Below, in pieces: positions 1-9,400 of a stretch of 64,000 bases of DNA (the stretch's first letter is position 1; each line of letters begins with the position of its first letter). The stretch is taken from sequence record NC_014636.1; one strand, given 5' to 3'. Both the position numbers and the translations under genes were made by a program. The notes beneath the pieces were generated by a model. It made no database searches, had not been told where the DNA came from, and saw nothing but the letters and a program-made list of their open reading frames with translations.

Positions 1-204
1 GCAGGTACATCCTAATCGCTTTCCATGTAGAGATAACAGCATTTCTTTTGTAATGTTACCAGATCTGATTTCATTACGCAAGTGATTTTTGAACTTTTCG
101 ATATTTTCAGCTCGACTACCATCTTTGTGTGGGTTTCCCCAGATTGTACCGCGCTGGATGTCGATATCGAAATCCGTTTTATACTTGTTCACCACATAGC
201 ACAT
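1..204 (-). CDS. DUF4326-like protein, N-terminal part (runs off the window edge)
   Basis: Not in the ORF track. Manual translation from ATG at 204 gives MCYVVNKYKTDFDIDIQRGTIWGNPHKDGSRAENIEKF...LHGKRLGCTC, with the RG..WGNP and GK.LGC.C motifs typical of DUF4326. Confidence 0.7.
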   Translation of the reverse strand, partial: MCYVVNKYKTDFDIDIQRGTIWGNPHKDGSRAENIEKFKNHLRNEIRSGNITKEMLLSLHGKRLGCTC

Positions 205-676
205 AGATTGCTTTCTCCATGAGATTTTCAGTTAGCCCATAACGCGCAGGACACACGTGGCGATCTTCCATCTCTTTATACTGAGAAAACAATTGGATGT
301 CGTCGAGCACAACAAAGTTTGTAATACCGTTTTCTTTTATGTGGCGAATCACCGATTCTACTCGAAGATGTCCACCACCTGTGTAATCTATCACATCCGC
401 GATTTCGATGTCAAGAAAATTAGCAATCTTTTGTGTTCTCATATCGTCGCCGACACGGAACCAAGAGCTAATCCCAACGACTTTCGCGTTAGTCTCGCAA
501 ATGATTCGGTGCAGTCGTTCAAGCATCGGGATATAAACCCAATCAACTTTACCATACAACCGAATCACTCGTTTGTCCATATTGATTAGCGTATCTAGCT
601 CGGAGTATGAGTTCAATACGCCATCGATGTCAAGATAAATTACACTGCCATAGGAGCTTTGATCGCTGAGTGGCAT
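179..676 (-). CDS. HAD-superfamily phosphatase-like protein (HAD_SAK_2 type)
   Basis: YLDIDGVLN (DxDGV motif I), ISSW, and FVVLDD C-terminal acidic motif. Confidence 0.75.
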   Translation of the reverse strand: MPLSDQSSYGSVIYLDIDGVLNSYSELDTLINMDKRVIRLYGKVDWVYIPMLERLHRIICETNAKVVGISSWFRVGDDMRTQKIANFLDIEIADVIDYTGGGHLRVESVIRHIKENGITNFVVLDDIQLFSQYKEMEDRHVCPARYGLTENLMEKAIYVLCGEQV

Positions 677-1473
677 TTGTAATCCTCTAGTTGAATATCA
701 TCCACTGAGAGATTACACGCTTCTTCCAGAGTTGTAAAGTCTTTTTTGAACACCAGTTTTGGCAGTTCGTAAGGCTCACGGCTCAGTTGTTCGCGCACTT
801 GTTCAAAGTGGTTGTTATACACGTGGACATCATCCAACATGCCTGTTAGCAAACCCGCTTTGTAGCCAGTGATCTTTGCAACGATTTCAAGCAGTAAACC
901 ATAACTAGCGATATTAAACGCCAATCCAAGGAAGGTGTCAACACTTCGCTGATACCAAGTCAAATTCAGACGTCCAGCTTTCACACTGAATCGGAACAGA
1001 ACGTGACACGGCGGCAGTGCCATATGAGGCAAGTCAACCGGATTCCAAGCACTGACGATATTACGACGACATTCTGGATTAGTCTTAATTCGTTCGATTG
1101 CTTTAGCGAGTTGATCGACCCCGTTAAAATCGCGCCATTGCTTGCCATAAACAGGACCAAGCTCACCGTCGGTATAACCCAGTGCTACCCCTTGATTATT
1201 GAAATTATCGTCCCAAATCGTTTTGGTAGATGATCCAACACCATAGGTCATAGTGCGCAGAGTTTCAACGTTAGTGAATCCGTTCATGAACCACAACAGT
1301 TCACCGCGAACGGCTTTCCATGCGAGTGTCTTAGTTGTGGTAGCAGGGAACCCGTCTGCCATATCAAACTGAATCATGCGACCGACAACAGAACGAGTAC
1401 CAACACCCGTTCTGTCCATTTCGTCAACGCCATGAGTCAGGATATCTTGCATTAAATCCTGATAGTTCTTCAT
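640..1473 (-). CDS. td: Thymidylate synthase, uninterrupted
   Basis: DRTGVGT, ELLWF, GPVYGKQWR, ALPPCH catalytic Cys, YQRSVDTFLGLAFN. Confidence 0.98.
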   Translation of the reverse strand: MKNYQDLMQDILTHGVDEMDRTGVGTRSVVGRMIQFDMADGFPATTTKTLAWKAVRGELLWFMNGFTNVETLRTMTYGVGSSTKTIWDDNFNNQGVALGYTDGELGPVYGKQWRDFNGVDQLAKAIERIKTNPECRRNIVSAWNPVDLPHMALPPCHVLFRFSVKAGRLNLTWYQRSVDTFLGLAFNIASYGLLLEIVAKITGYKAGLLTGMLDDVHVYNNHFEQVREQLSREPYELPKLVFKKDFTTLEEACNLSVDDIQLEDYKCHSAIKAPMAV

Positions 1474-1769
1474 AGCAGCAGAATACCACCTTCGCTACGT
1501 GAGCCACCAGACTCGCCAGCACCCTTGATTACATCAAGTTGTTTGCGCAGTTCGATGATTGCACTTTGCAATTCGGTGATACAGGTTTCGTGCATCTTGA
1601 ACACGTCAGACGCTTCCTGCAAACGCTGATTAATGACCTTGATGGTCTCACTTTGACTTTCGATCTTATCGCTCATATTCTCGAACAGATAAAAGAACAG
1701 CGCGTTTAGTTCTTCCTGAGTCATATTCTCAGGATCTTTTTCCATTAGCTCTTGAATGTTTACAGCCAC
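1470..1769 (-). CDS. Hypothetical coiled-coil protein
   Basis: 99-aa ORF with heptad pattern, overlapping its neighbours in the same operon. Confidence 0.6.
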   Translation of the reverse strand: MAVNIQELMEKDPENMTQEELNALFFYLFENMSDKIESQSETIKVINQRLQEASDVFKMHETCITELQSAIIELRKQLDVIKGAGESGGSRSEGGILLL

Positions 1770-2212
1770 TCAGAAATATCCTCTACAAGTTCGGCCATTA
1801 CATAACGACCGTATTTTTCTAAAATGAAATCGAATTCAACAACCATTTCTTTCGCATCGATAACGGTAATCGTATTTTCAAGAATACCTTTCATCAGCTT
1901 TGGAAATGAGTTTGTACCAATCTGGATTTTATAATCTCTACCATTAGCCAGGATACTACCATCGATGTAATAAGCTGACCCGTTATAGTTCGAGAGAATG
2001 CGACCAATCTTGATTTGAGCACGGTATACAAAATGCCCGTTCTTGGTCGGCTTAGGCTCTTTACCATATGACCCGTTACAATATGATTCTCCGGTCTGCG
2101 GGACTCCATCATATTCAGTCACAAACCAACGTCTTTGTTTGGCATCCTTGCGAATGCCATGAACCTTGATTGCGGGATTGATTTTATCAGCGTCGTCTGA
2201 ACTAATAAACAT
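1760..2212 (-). CDS. Hypothetical protein (possible paralogue of 2213-2698)
   Basis: 150-aa ORF in the frd-td operon; C-terminal IQIG...EFDFILEKYG resembles its neighbour. Confidence 0.65.
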   Translation of the reverse strand: MFISSDDADKINPAIKVHGIRKDAKQRRWFVTEYDGVPQTGESYCNGSYGKEPKPTKNGHFVYRAQIKIGRILSNYNGSAYYIDGSILANGRDYKIQIGTNSFPKLMKGILENTITVIDAKEMVVEFDFILEKYGRYVMAELVEDISEWL

Positions 2213-2698
2213 TTAAACGCTCTCCAGAGGAATAATATCACCGAAATACGGCTCGATGTAAGCGTTTTCGCCTTTCTTCTCAACAGTAAATGTCAGCTCA
2301 AATTCACCGCTCGCGTTTCCCACCAAAGTTTGATCTGCCAGACGCTTCATGATTTCTAGAGTACCAGTCGCACCCGTCTCAATCTCAAAACCAGATGCAG
2401 TTTTCAGACCGATTTGGAATCCACTTTGACCACGATATACATCAGCAACAGTCACAACAGTTTTGAAAACGTAGTGAGCAGAACGATCGGTAGCCGCTGG
2501 ACGGTATTTCAACCAGCCATAGTAACCAGTCATCAGTTGACCATTATGAGCAATCATGATCGCCCAGTTGCGCTTTTTCTTGTAGTCGGATCGATACCCC
2601 AGAACTTTAATGCACGGATCCAGAGCATTCAGAGATTGGCAGTTGCCCATCAACATTTGAAACGTGGGCTTTTGGGAAAGATCGTAGTTATACGACAT
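2213..2698 (-). CDS. Hypothetical protein (possible paralogue of 1760-2212)
   Basis: 161-aa ORF with GAGGA SD; C-terminal IETG...ELTFTVEKKG. Confidence 0.65.
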   Translation of the reverse strand: MSYNYDLSQKPTFQMLMGNCQSLNALDPCIKVLGYRSDYKKKRNWAIMIAHNGQLMTGYYGWLKYRPAATDRSAHYVFKTVVTVADVYRGQSGFQIGLKTASGFEIETGATGTLEIMKRLADQTLVGNASGEFELTFTVEKKGENAYIEPYFGDIIPLESV

Positions 2699-3212
2699 TT
2701 TTATTCCTCATTAGTTTATAAGCAATGGCAACGTCTTCTAGATATGTCATATCATACACCCAGAAATCGGTCATCAGTTTATTTGTGAATTCTTCATCCG
2801 CTCTAACGTCGCATTCGAATTCATCATCATTGAGGATCACAGTATGCGCCACTTCGTCGCATTTGTCAATCGCTTCCTTCAACACAGTCATACCGCCAAT
2901 AACACATATGTTGTCATAAGTGTTTCTAAGCTCGTCCAACGCTTGGCAAACATCACCATGCATGAACATATCGGGTCTGTCTCCGTTCTTCGCTATCACG
3001 CGGTTGGTGTCGTTTTGCGAGCTAATCACCACGTTAGTTCTGTTCTTTAATGCAGACGGCAGACTCATGAATGTTTTAGCACCCATTACAAGACATGCAC
3101 CAGCGGTAGTCTTCATGAAATGCTTCATATCTTCTTTGCAGTGACCCCAAGGAAGTTCTCCCTTGTTACCGAACTCACCATTCTTACCAGTTGCAAACAC
3201 AGCTTTGATCAT
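2688..3212 (-). CDS. frd: Dihydrofolate reductase
   Basis: GEFGNKGELPW, EDMKHF, VMGAKTFMSLP, LKNRTNVVIS, VIGG motifs. Confidence 0.95.
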   Translation of the reverse strand: MIKAVFATGKNGEFGNKGELPWGHCKEDMKHFMKTTAGACLVMGAKTFMSLPSALKNRTNVVISSQNDTNRVIAKNGDRPDMFMHGDVCQALDELRNTYDNICVIGGMTVLKEAIDKCDEVAHTVILNDDEFECDVRADEEFTNKLMTDFWVYDMTYLEDVAIAYKLMRNKNVV

Positions 3213-3231
3213 TGTTTTCTCCTTGTCTCAC

Positions 3232-3260
3232 TAATAAAAAAGGCTCCCGAAGGAGCCTTT
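3232..3260 (-). terminator. Intrinsic terminator after gene 32
   Basis: GGCTCC-TTCG-GGAGCC stem with UUCG loop followed by a T-run on the minus strand. Confidence 0.85.
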
Positions 3261-3266
3261 GTTTGA

Positions 3267-4172
3267 TTAGATTTCGTCCAGCAGGCTGTCGAGTTCAGCA
3301 TCCAGACCTACGGTGCTTGGAGTGAACGGAACATCGTCGTCGGCAGTTTTTTCTGCCGGAGTCTGCGGCTCGTCGAACTGTTGCATTTGACGCTCAAAAT
3401 CATCGGTAGCACGACCAGCGGAACGCTTCTCGGCACCCATGATGCGATTAAACGCAGTGCTCAGATCTTCGAAAGACTTGAATTTGTCTTTGGCGACCAG
3501 ACTCATGATGTCGTGCATTTGTTCGAACAGTTGAGCTTGATAAGCTTCATCTTCGATGTTCGGCAGTTGAGAAACTTTACCGAATGCGGAATCATCATAG
3601 TTGTTGTTGCCGCCAACTTTCTTGATCTTGATAGTGAAGTTCTTACCTTCGAACGGGCAAGTAACGTCGCACGGCTCTTCGCCAAGATCGGTGTTAACGT
3701 CTACCTCGGCTTGAATCTTGTCCATGATCTTCTTACCGAAGCGGAACTTGAATACTTTGCCTTCGTTTTCCGGATTAGCCGGATCTTTGATAACGAGAAT
3801 GTTAGCCCAGAAAGCGACTTTACGAGTTACGCCAGAAGCGTACATAGCTTTCTTGTCTGCTTCGTTGTTGTAATCCCAGTTCTGTTCTTTGATCCACTGA
3901 CAAGCAGGGCAAGAATCATAATCACCGTGGGTACTGGAGCAGTTCTCGATATACCACTTGCCATTGCGTTGGAAGCCGTGATTTACGAGCTTAACGAAAG
4001 TGGTTGCATCGTCACCTTTAGCAGGCAGGAAGCGGATAACAGCGGCGCCGTTGCCTTGCTTGTCTTGTACCAGTTTCCACTCAGCGCCATCAGATTCAAA
4101 ACCTTTCTTAGCGGAGAAAGAAGCCAGTTGCTGTTGCAGTTGGGACGGGTCACGACGTTTGAAAATAGACAT
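3267..4172 (-). CDS. 32: Single-stranded DNA-binding protein gp32
   Basis: MSIFKRRDPSQL N-terminus, AVIRFLP, HGF..NGKWYIENC, Zn ligands C-H-C-C, acidic tail. Confidence 0.97.
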   Translation of the reverse strand: MSIFKRRDPSQLQQQLASFSAKKGFESDGAEWKLVQDKQGNGAAVIRFLPAKGDDATTFVKLVNHGFQRNGKWYIENCSSTHGDYDSCPACQWIKEQNWDYNNEADKKAMYASGVTRKVAFWANILVIKDPANPENEGKVFKFRFGKKIMDKIQAEVDVNTDLGEEPCDVTCPFEGKNFTIKIKKVGGNNNYDDSAFGKVSQLPNIEDEAYQAQLFEQMHDIMSLVAKDKFKSFEDLSTAFNRIMGAEKRSAGRATDDFERQMQQFDEPQTPAEKTADDDVPFTPSTVGLDAELDSLLDEI

Positions 4173-4193
4173 TACAGTTTTTCCTTATACAGT

Positions 4194-4844
4194 TTAAGAC
4201 AGTTTATTTTGATTTGCGATTTCAATAAAGCAGGCTTTCGCTTGCTCTTTATTTATACGTGTCAGCATACGATATGCCTTAATTCGAGAAGCATATCCAT
4301 TTGCCCACACATGGTCATCAAGTTTATCATAACTATCGACGAAATTAAACAAAGCATCGAGAATTATCATTGTTTCATAACTGATTGTACCAGTTTGAAC
4401 GAACTTGAATATCCATGGTTGCCCATTAGTTGAATATATTAGTTCCTTGAACTTCATATTCTTCTTACGGGCGAAATAGAACATTTGTTCCACTTCTTCT
4501 TTAAAAACTGTGCTCATTTGCTCATAGCGTCCAAGCGCAGTTCTATAAAAAGTTACGGCATCAGCGTTGGCTATATCACCACCCCATGCGTCAGGGTTCG
4601 CTGCAAAGTTCACAGTCATAATAGCAGCGAGTTCACCGAGAGTAAACTTTGTGGCTAATCTTTCGAATATAGCACGACTGCGATGTTTGACGAAACTTTG
4701 TTCGGTTGCCCGAATAGGTGTCCACTGATATTTCACGATGTCATATTTACCGGCAAAGTGATTTTTCAGCGTCAGAAATAGACGATATACACTAATACCA
4801 TTGACAGTCATTTTCGGCTTGGGTGGTAATATAAGTTCGATCAT
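4194..4844 (-). CDS. 59: Helicase loader gp59
   Basis: NGISVYRLFLTLKNHFAGKYDIVKY, ISYETMIILD; T4 synteny 33-59-32. Confidence 0.93.
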   Translation of the reverse strand: MIELILPPKPKMTVNGISVYRLFLTLKNHFAGKYDIVKYQWTPIRATEQSFVKHRSRAIFERLATKFTLGELAAIMTVNFAANPDAWGGDIANADAVTFYRTALGRYEQMSTVFKEEVEQMFYFARKKNMKFKELIYSTNGQPWIFKFVQTGTISYETMIILDALFNFVDSYDKLDDHVWANGYASRIKAYRMLTRINKEQAKACFIEIANQNKLS

Positions 4845-5083
4845 GCGCCCAGAAAATCAAGAGTAGCATTATTATCAGGTTTAATTGTCCTGTTTTCGAT
4901 GCCTTCTTGCTCCATTTTGTCTTTAAGTGCTGGATAAATTAAACGAGGAATATCCATCGGCTCAATATCCAACTCTTCCGCGACTTCAAGACAAGATTCG
5001 ATTAAAGAGAGACCCAGATCCCTGGATCTCGCTTCGACCATCAAGCTGAAATCGATCTTGCTAATTTCAGTCTTCTTTTCCAT
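4841..5083 (-). CDS. 33: Late transcription co-activator gp33
   Basis: 80 aa, LIESCLEVAEELDIE..DIPRLI.PALKDK..EG..NR pattern; synteny. Confidence 0.85.
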   Translation of the reverse strand: MEKKTEISKIDFSLMVEARSRDLGLSLIESCLEVAEELDIEPMDIPRLIYPALKDKMEQEGIENRTIKPDNNATLDFLGA

Positions 5084-5370
5084 TACTTGCTCGGGAAAGT
5101 AGCGTCATACAGCTCAAAAATGCCTTCTGCCTCAGCTTCTGCCTGGTCACGCTCGCGCTTATGACGAATCTTGAGCAGCTTGCCAAAGTCTTTACCTTCA
5201 ACGCCCATTTCTTCTTTAGCCCGAGTCTTGATCTCTTTGATCATTTCTTGGAAGCTCGCGATCTGGGTCAGATGGCCTTCTGCTTCATCGATCAGTGCTG
5301 CCAGACTCTCGGCATGAACGTTTACGTTGAATTCTACTTTGGCTTTCTTTTGCTTCTTTTCGTTGGTCAT
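5083..5370 (-). CDS. dsbA: Double-stranded DNA-binding protein DsbA
   Basis: IKEIKTRAKEEMGVEGKDFGKLLKIRHK; synteny rnh-dsbA-33. Confidence 0.9.
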   Translation of the reverse strand: MTNEKKQKKAKVEFNVNVHAESLAALIDEAEGHLTQIASFQEMIKEIKTRAKEEMGVEGKDFGKLLKIRHKRERDQAEAEAEGIFELYDATFPSK

Positions 5371-5406
5371 TTTCAGTTTCTCTTTGTTTAACAGAAGTTT
5401 ATATTA

Positions 5407-6327
5407 TCAAAAATCGTTAGCACTGTCTAGCAATTTTTTGATGGCTTTTTTCACAAAGTACGGATAGATTTTGCTACGACCCGGCACTTTGATTGTTTCA
5501 AATTCATTGATGATTGCGCTTCGGATGTGATCGGGAATCATTTCGAAGTCAACCAATTCACGGTTTTCATTGTATCTTACTAACTCGTCGCCAGTAAACA
5601 ATGTTGCCGGATCTTTAGTTTCAAACGCTTGTGCCAACAGCTTGGAGCTGATTGACTTCTGACGCTCGCCATCAAGCTTCGTGTAGATGAAATCCGAACG
5701 AGACTTAATATTAGCAACGCCATCACCAGTATCGCCTTTAATGATCTTAGTGATCAAAGATTGACGCCATGTGCCTTCTTTGGGCTTGACCCATTTCTTC
5801 TGGCCTGGACTCCACTGCTTGACGTTTTTATAACGTTGCGTTTGAGTCATATCACCATCTGATGAAACAACAAGCACAGGTGCATCTGGACATTTTTCGT
5901 CCAAATACTTACACAGCACACCGATGATATCATCTGCCTCGGTATGAGGAAGAATCAATGTCTTATACGGCATGTTGTCGCGAATCTCGTATGCAACGGT
6001 TTTCAGTGAATCAAAGATAGATTCCCAGTCCCATTCGGATTCTTTGCGATCACGCTCGCGGTGCTTTTTGTAGAAATAATATTTCTGACGTCGCCAGTAT
6101 CCACCATCGGCGCTATTATCTACCGCGATAATGATATTCGGATACTCGCGCTTGCGATTCAGAACGTTGTATTTCAGAGACGAAAGGATCAGATGTCGCA
6201 CCAGATTGGTGTCGATCTTATCAGTCGGCTCATAAGTTTGTAAGATTGTTGCAATAGCGATCTGACTAAAGTCAAAGATGCAGTATCCTTGGCTTTCCTC
6301 TTCGCCTAGCATTGATGATAAATCCAT
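5407..6327 (-). CDS. rnh: RNase H / 5'-3' flap exonuclease
   Basis: IFDFSQI, YWRRQKY..YKK.R, EADDIIGVL, SSDGD..Q, KGDTGDGVANI. Confidence 0.97.
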   Translation of the reverse strand: MDLSSMLGEEESQGYCIFDFSQIAIATILQTYEPTDKIDTNLVRHLILSSLKYNVLNRKREYPNIIIAVDNSADGGYWRRQKYYFYKKHRERDRKESEWDWESIFDSLKTVAYEIRDNMPYKTLILPHTEADDIIGVLCKYLDEKCPDAPVLVVSSDGDMTQTQRYKNVKQWSPGQKKWVKPKEGTWRQSLITKIIKGDTGDGVANIKSRSDFIYTKLDGERQKSISSKLLAQAFETKDPATLFTGDELVRYNENRELVDFEMIPDHIRSAIINEFETIKVPGRSKIYPYFVKKAIKKLLDSANDF

Positions 6328-6367
6328 GGGACTCCTCTAATCGTCTGAACTTCGACGGGGTTAAGTT

Positions 6368-6374
6368 CTAAATA
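6368..6374 (+). promoter_or_regulatory. Putative gp55-dependent late promoter (CTAAATA) for gene 34
   Basis: Variant of T4 TATAAATA about 30 nt upstream of the gene 34 ATG, at the switch to plus-strand late genes. Confidence 0.65.
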
Positions 6375-6404
6375 ACAGCATAACATACACAAAAGAGGTA
6401 CGCA

Positions 6405-9400
6405 ATGGCTTTACAACCGCTACGCGCTACGGCAGGATTGGATGCTGCCGGACATCGCGCTATTAACTTCGGCTACCCTGATAAAACTAAAGGCGGGGAC
6501 GGCGTTAACGTTGATTTCTTCACCTACGAAAACACCATTCAGCCACATAGCCCAAGCAGAACATATCCAAAGGACTTTGCTGTAACATATAACGACCGCA
6601 TCTATATTAGCGAAGTCGAAATTACAGCACCGGAGCCTTTCAATCTTAACAAATGGAAAGCGACTCGCGTTGACCCATCATGGCGAGTAGTTACATCGAC
6701 TGCTAACTTGCAGGGTAACGTTCGTCAAGGTGAATACATTCTATCTCAGATTGTAGGCGCAAACTCAGTATACACTATGCCGTTCGATGCTGCAAACAAT
6801 ATTCCAGCAGCGGGCGATACCGTAGTTATCAAAGACAACGGATTCGCTACCCACGATTATGAAATCGTAGTAAACGGCAACGGCAAAAAAATCAACAATC
6901 AGGCAACACATCGCATCACACTATCTGGATCTACCACTGTATTCATTTACAATGGTACCGAGTGGGTTGCTCAGTTGTGGGCACAGGGAGATTCTAATCG
7001 AACTTATGTTAGTTCGACAAGCTATATTCCCGGTGAAAACTTCTTCCGTGCTAAGGTTGGCGATCATCTTGTCCGCGAAACTCAATACGGCGGTGGCATT
7101 CGTATTCGTCTTCCTCGTTATGCAAACCATGGCGATACCATTGTAACATACGATTTGGATAGATTGAATCCACTTACTAAAACTGAGTTTTTCGTTTACC
7201 CAAACAGTAACCATAAGATTCTAGTTGGCGTAGGCGAAACACCAGTTGACAGTGCCAAGTTTGATAGCACCGGTTGGGGTTATTTCGTGTTTGACGCGAG
7301 AATTAACCAGTGGCGCGTTTTTGATGCAGACACCAAAGCTCGTTGGAACATGATTGAATCCAATTATACAGCTATTCTTGGTGAAAAACTAGCGGTACAC
7401 GCTGCAAATGCAACAGATACAATCACCGTAACGTTTCCTCAAGAAGCATCCAACGGCGATAGCTTTATCATCGATACAAGTTATATGGTACAAGGTTCTA
7501 AGATCACAGTCAAGATCCCGGACGCACAAGCTAACGATTATATCGTTCCAGACGAAAATGCACTTGGTACTCCATATGTTAGTAAGTATCGCGACATTGT
7601 TAAAGACCTGACTAAGTTTACAACAAAGACAGAGACTTTCACAATCGACGGTCGTTCCCATCAATGGGAATTCACTTACTTCCGAAATGCACTGGGAACT
7701 GGTCTTGATGTTTGGGTTTTGATCTCCAACACACCAATGCCATTCAGAGTTGATCGCAATGATACATCATTTGTTGGTCTAGCGGCAATCGCTACACAAG
7801 TAGAAGTAAACAAAAACAAAGAGCAAATTACAACTGGTCAAAATCGTGATTGCGAAGCATTTGTAACACCAGAAACCCTGAGTAACAAAGTCGCCACACA
7901 GACTAACCGTGGTATCGCTCGATTGGCAACTGATGCTGAATCAAAAGCAACAAGCGGTACAACCGAAGCTTGGAACAGTGTAATCATGACTCCGGAAAGA
8001 GTCAACAACAGATTGGCAACTGAGACCATGCGTGGTGTTTTGACTGTAGCAACACAAGCACAAGCTAACGCAATGAGTGGCACCGGTGAAATGTGGGCAC
8101 AGACTGCAATCACTCCAAAAGTGCTGGATGGTCGCAAGTCAACCGAGACACAAACCGGTATTACTTACCAAGTTATTCAGGCTGGCGCAAAACAAGCAGA
8201 GCGTGGTACTAAAGGTGTAGGTGTTCATGATTTCGACGAGCATTACCGTTATGTAACACCAAAAGTTTTGTTCGAGAAGGTCGCTACCGAAACTTCTCAA
8301 GGTATGGGATTCGTCGCTACTCAACCAGAAACTGACGCTGGCACAGATAACCATGTTAATGGTCCGTTGCTCGTTACTGCTAAGACTCTGCAAGGACGTC
8401 AAGCTACGACAGCACTAACCGGTTTGTCAAGAGCTGTTACCGATGCGGAAATGAGTTCAAATACTCCTCCAACTGGCGATAACATTCATGTTACACCGGA
8501 TGCGATTGTTAAGCGTACTGCAAACGAAACCCGCTGGGGTCTAGCAGAAACGGCAACACAGGCAGAAGTCGATGCTGGCACTTTGCATGATCGTTGGTTT
8601 GTAACTCCAAAAACATTCGGAGTATGGTTGAATGGTACACGGTTAACAGTTGATGTGTCAAGCGGTTTAACCACTGCTGGTACAATCTGGGCAGGACAGA
8701 GTTTTAATATCGTAGAATCAACCGAAACACAACGCGGAACATTGCGTACTGCAACACAAGCAGAAACAAACACAATGATTAATCCGCTTGATAACGTGAT
8801 GATTACGCCTAAGAAATTGAACGACAGAAAAGCAAGTGAAACCCTGACTGGTATTATTGAGATCGCGACTAAGGCAGAATCCGACGCTGGCACAGATGCA
8901 ACTCGCGCAATGACTCCAATTCGTGTTCTTGATTCTATGCGCACAAGCGCGAACCACAGAATGAATGAATCTCGTTATGGCGTTGGTATGATGTGTGTTC
9001 TGGCAAATGATGCAAGCGCGAATACAGTGTGGCAAGGTGATGATATTCAAGGATCAACTCGCCCAGTTGGTCAATATGCAACGGATAATATCGTTGTTAG
9101 TCCACGAGCACTGAATACCGCATTAGCTCATTATTTGCCCCTTCTAGGTGTTGCCGAAAGTTCACGTTCTATGGATACAGCAGACGGCACAAGAGTTAAA
9201 GCCGATGATTGGATTCGTCGTACAGTTGCACAGACTATTACCGGTGGTATGAAGTTTACCGAATCTCCAGTTATTGAACGTGCAAGCGTTGTTAGACTTG
9301 ATATGATTGCAACTGGTGGCAAACAAGATACCGCAATTATGTTCAGAAACAGCACCAATAAAAATTGGTGGGCAAACGGCGTTCATGTTATTGACGGTGC

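Noticed and set aside
640-1473. Group I intron in td (and in nrdD, 61215-63326), as in T4
   Set aside because: Both genes are single uninterrupted ORFs of normal length
3381-4433. Long plus-strand ORFs antisense to core genes (also 29133-30155, 31888-32853, 42214-43047, 41327-42097, 61548-62447)
   Set aside because: They are mirror frames of strongly codon-biased genes (32, rIIB, rIIA, uvsX, nrdD), with no SD, promoter or recognisable motifs
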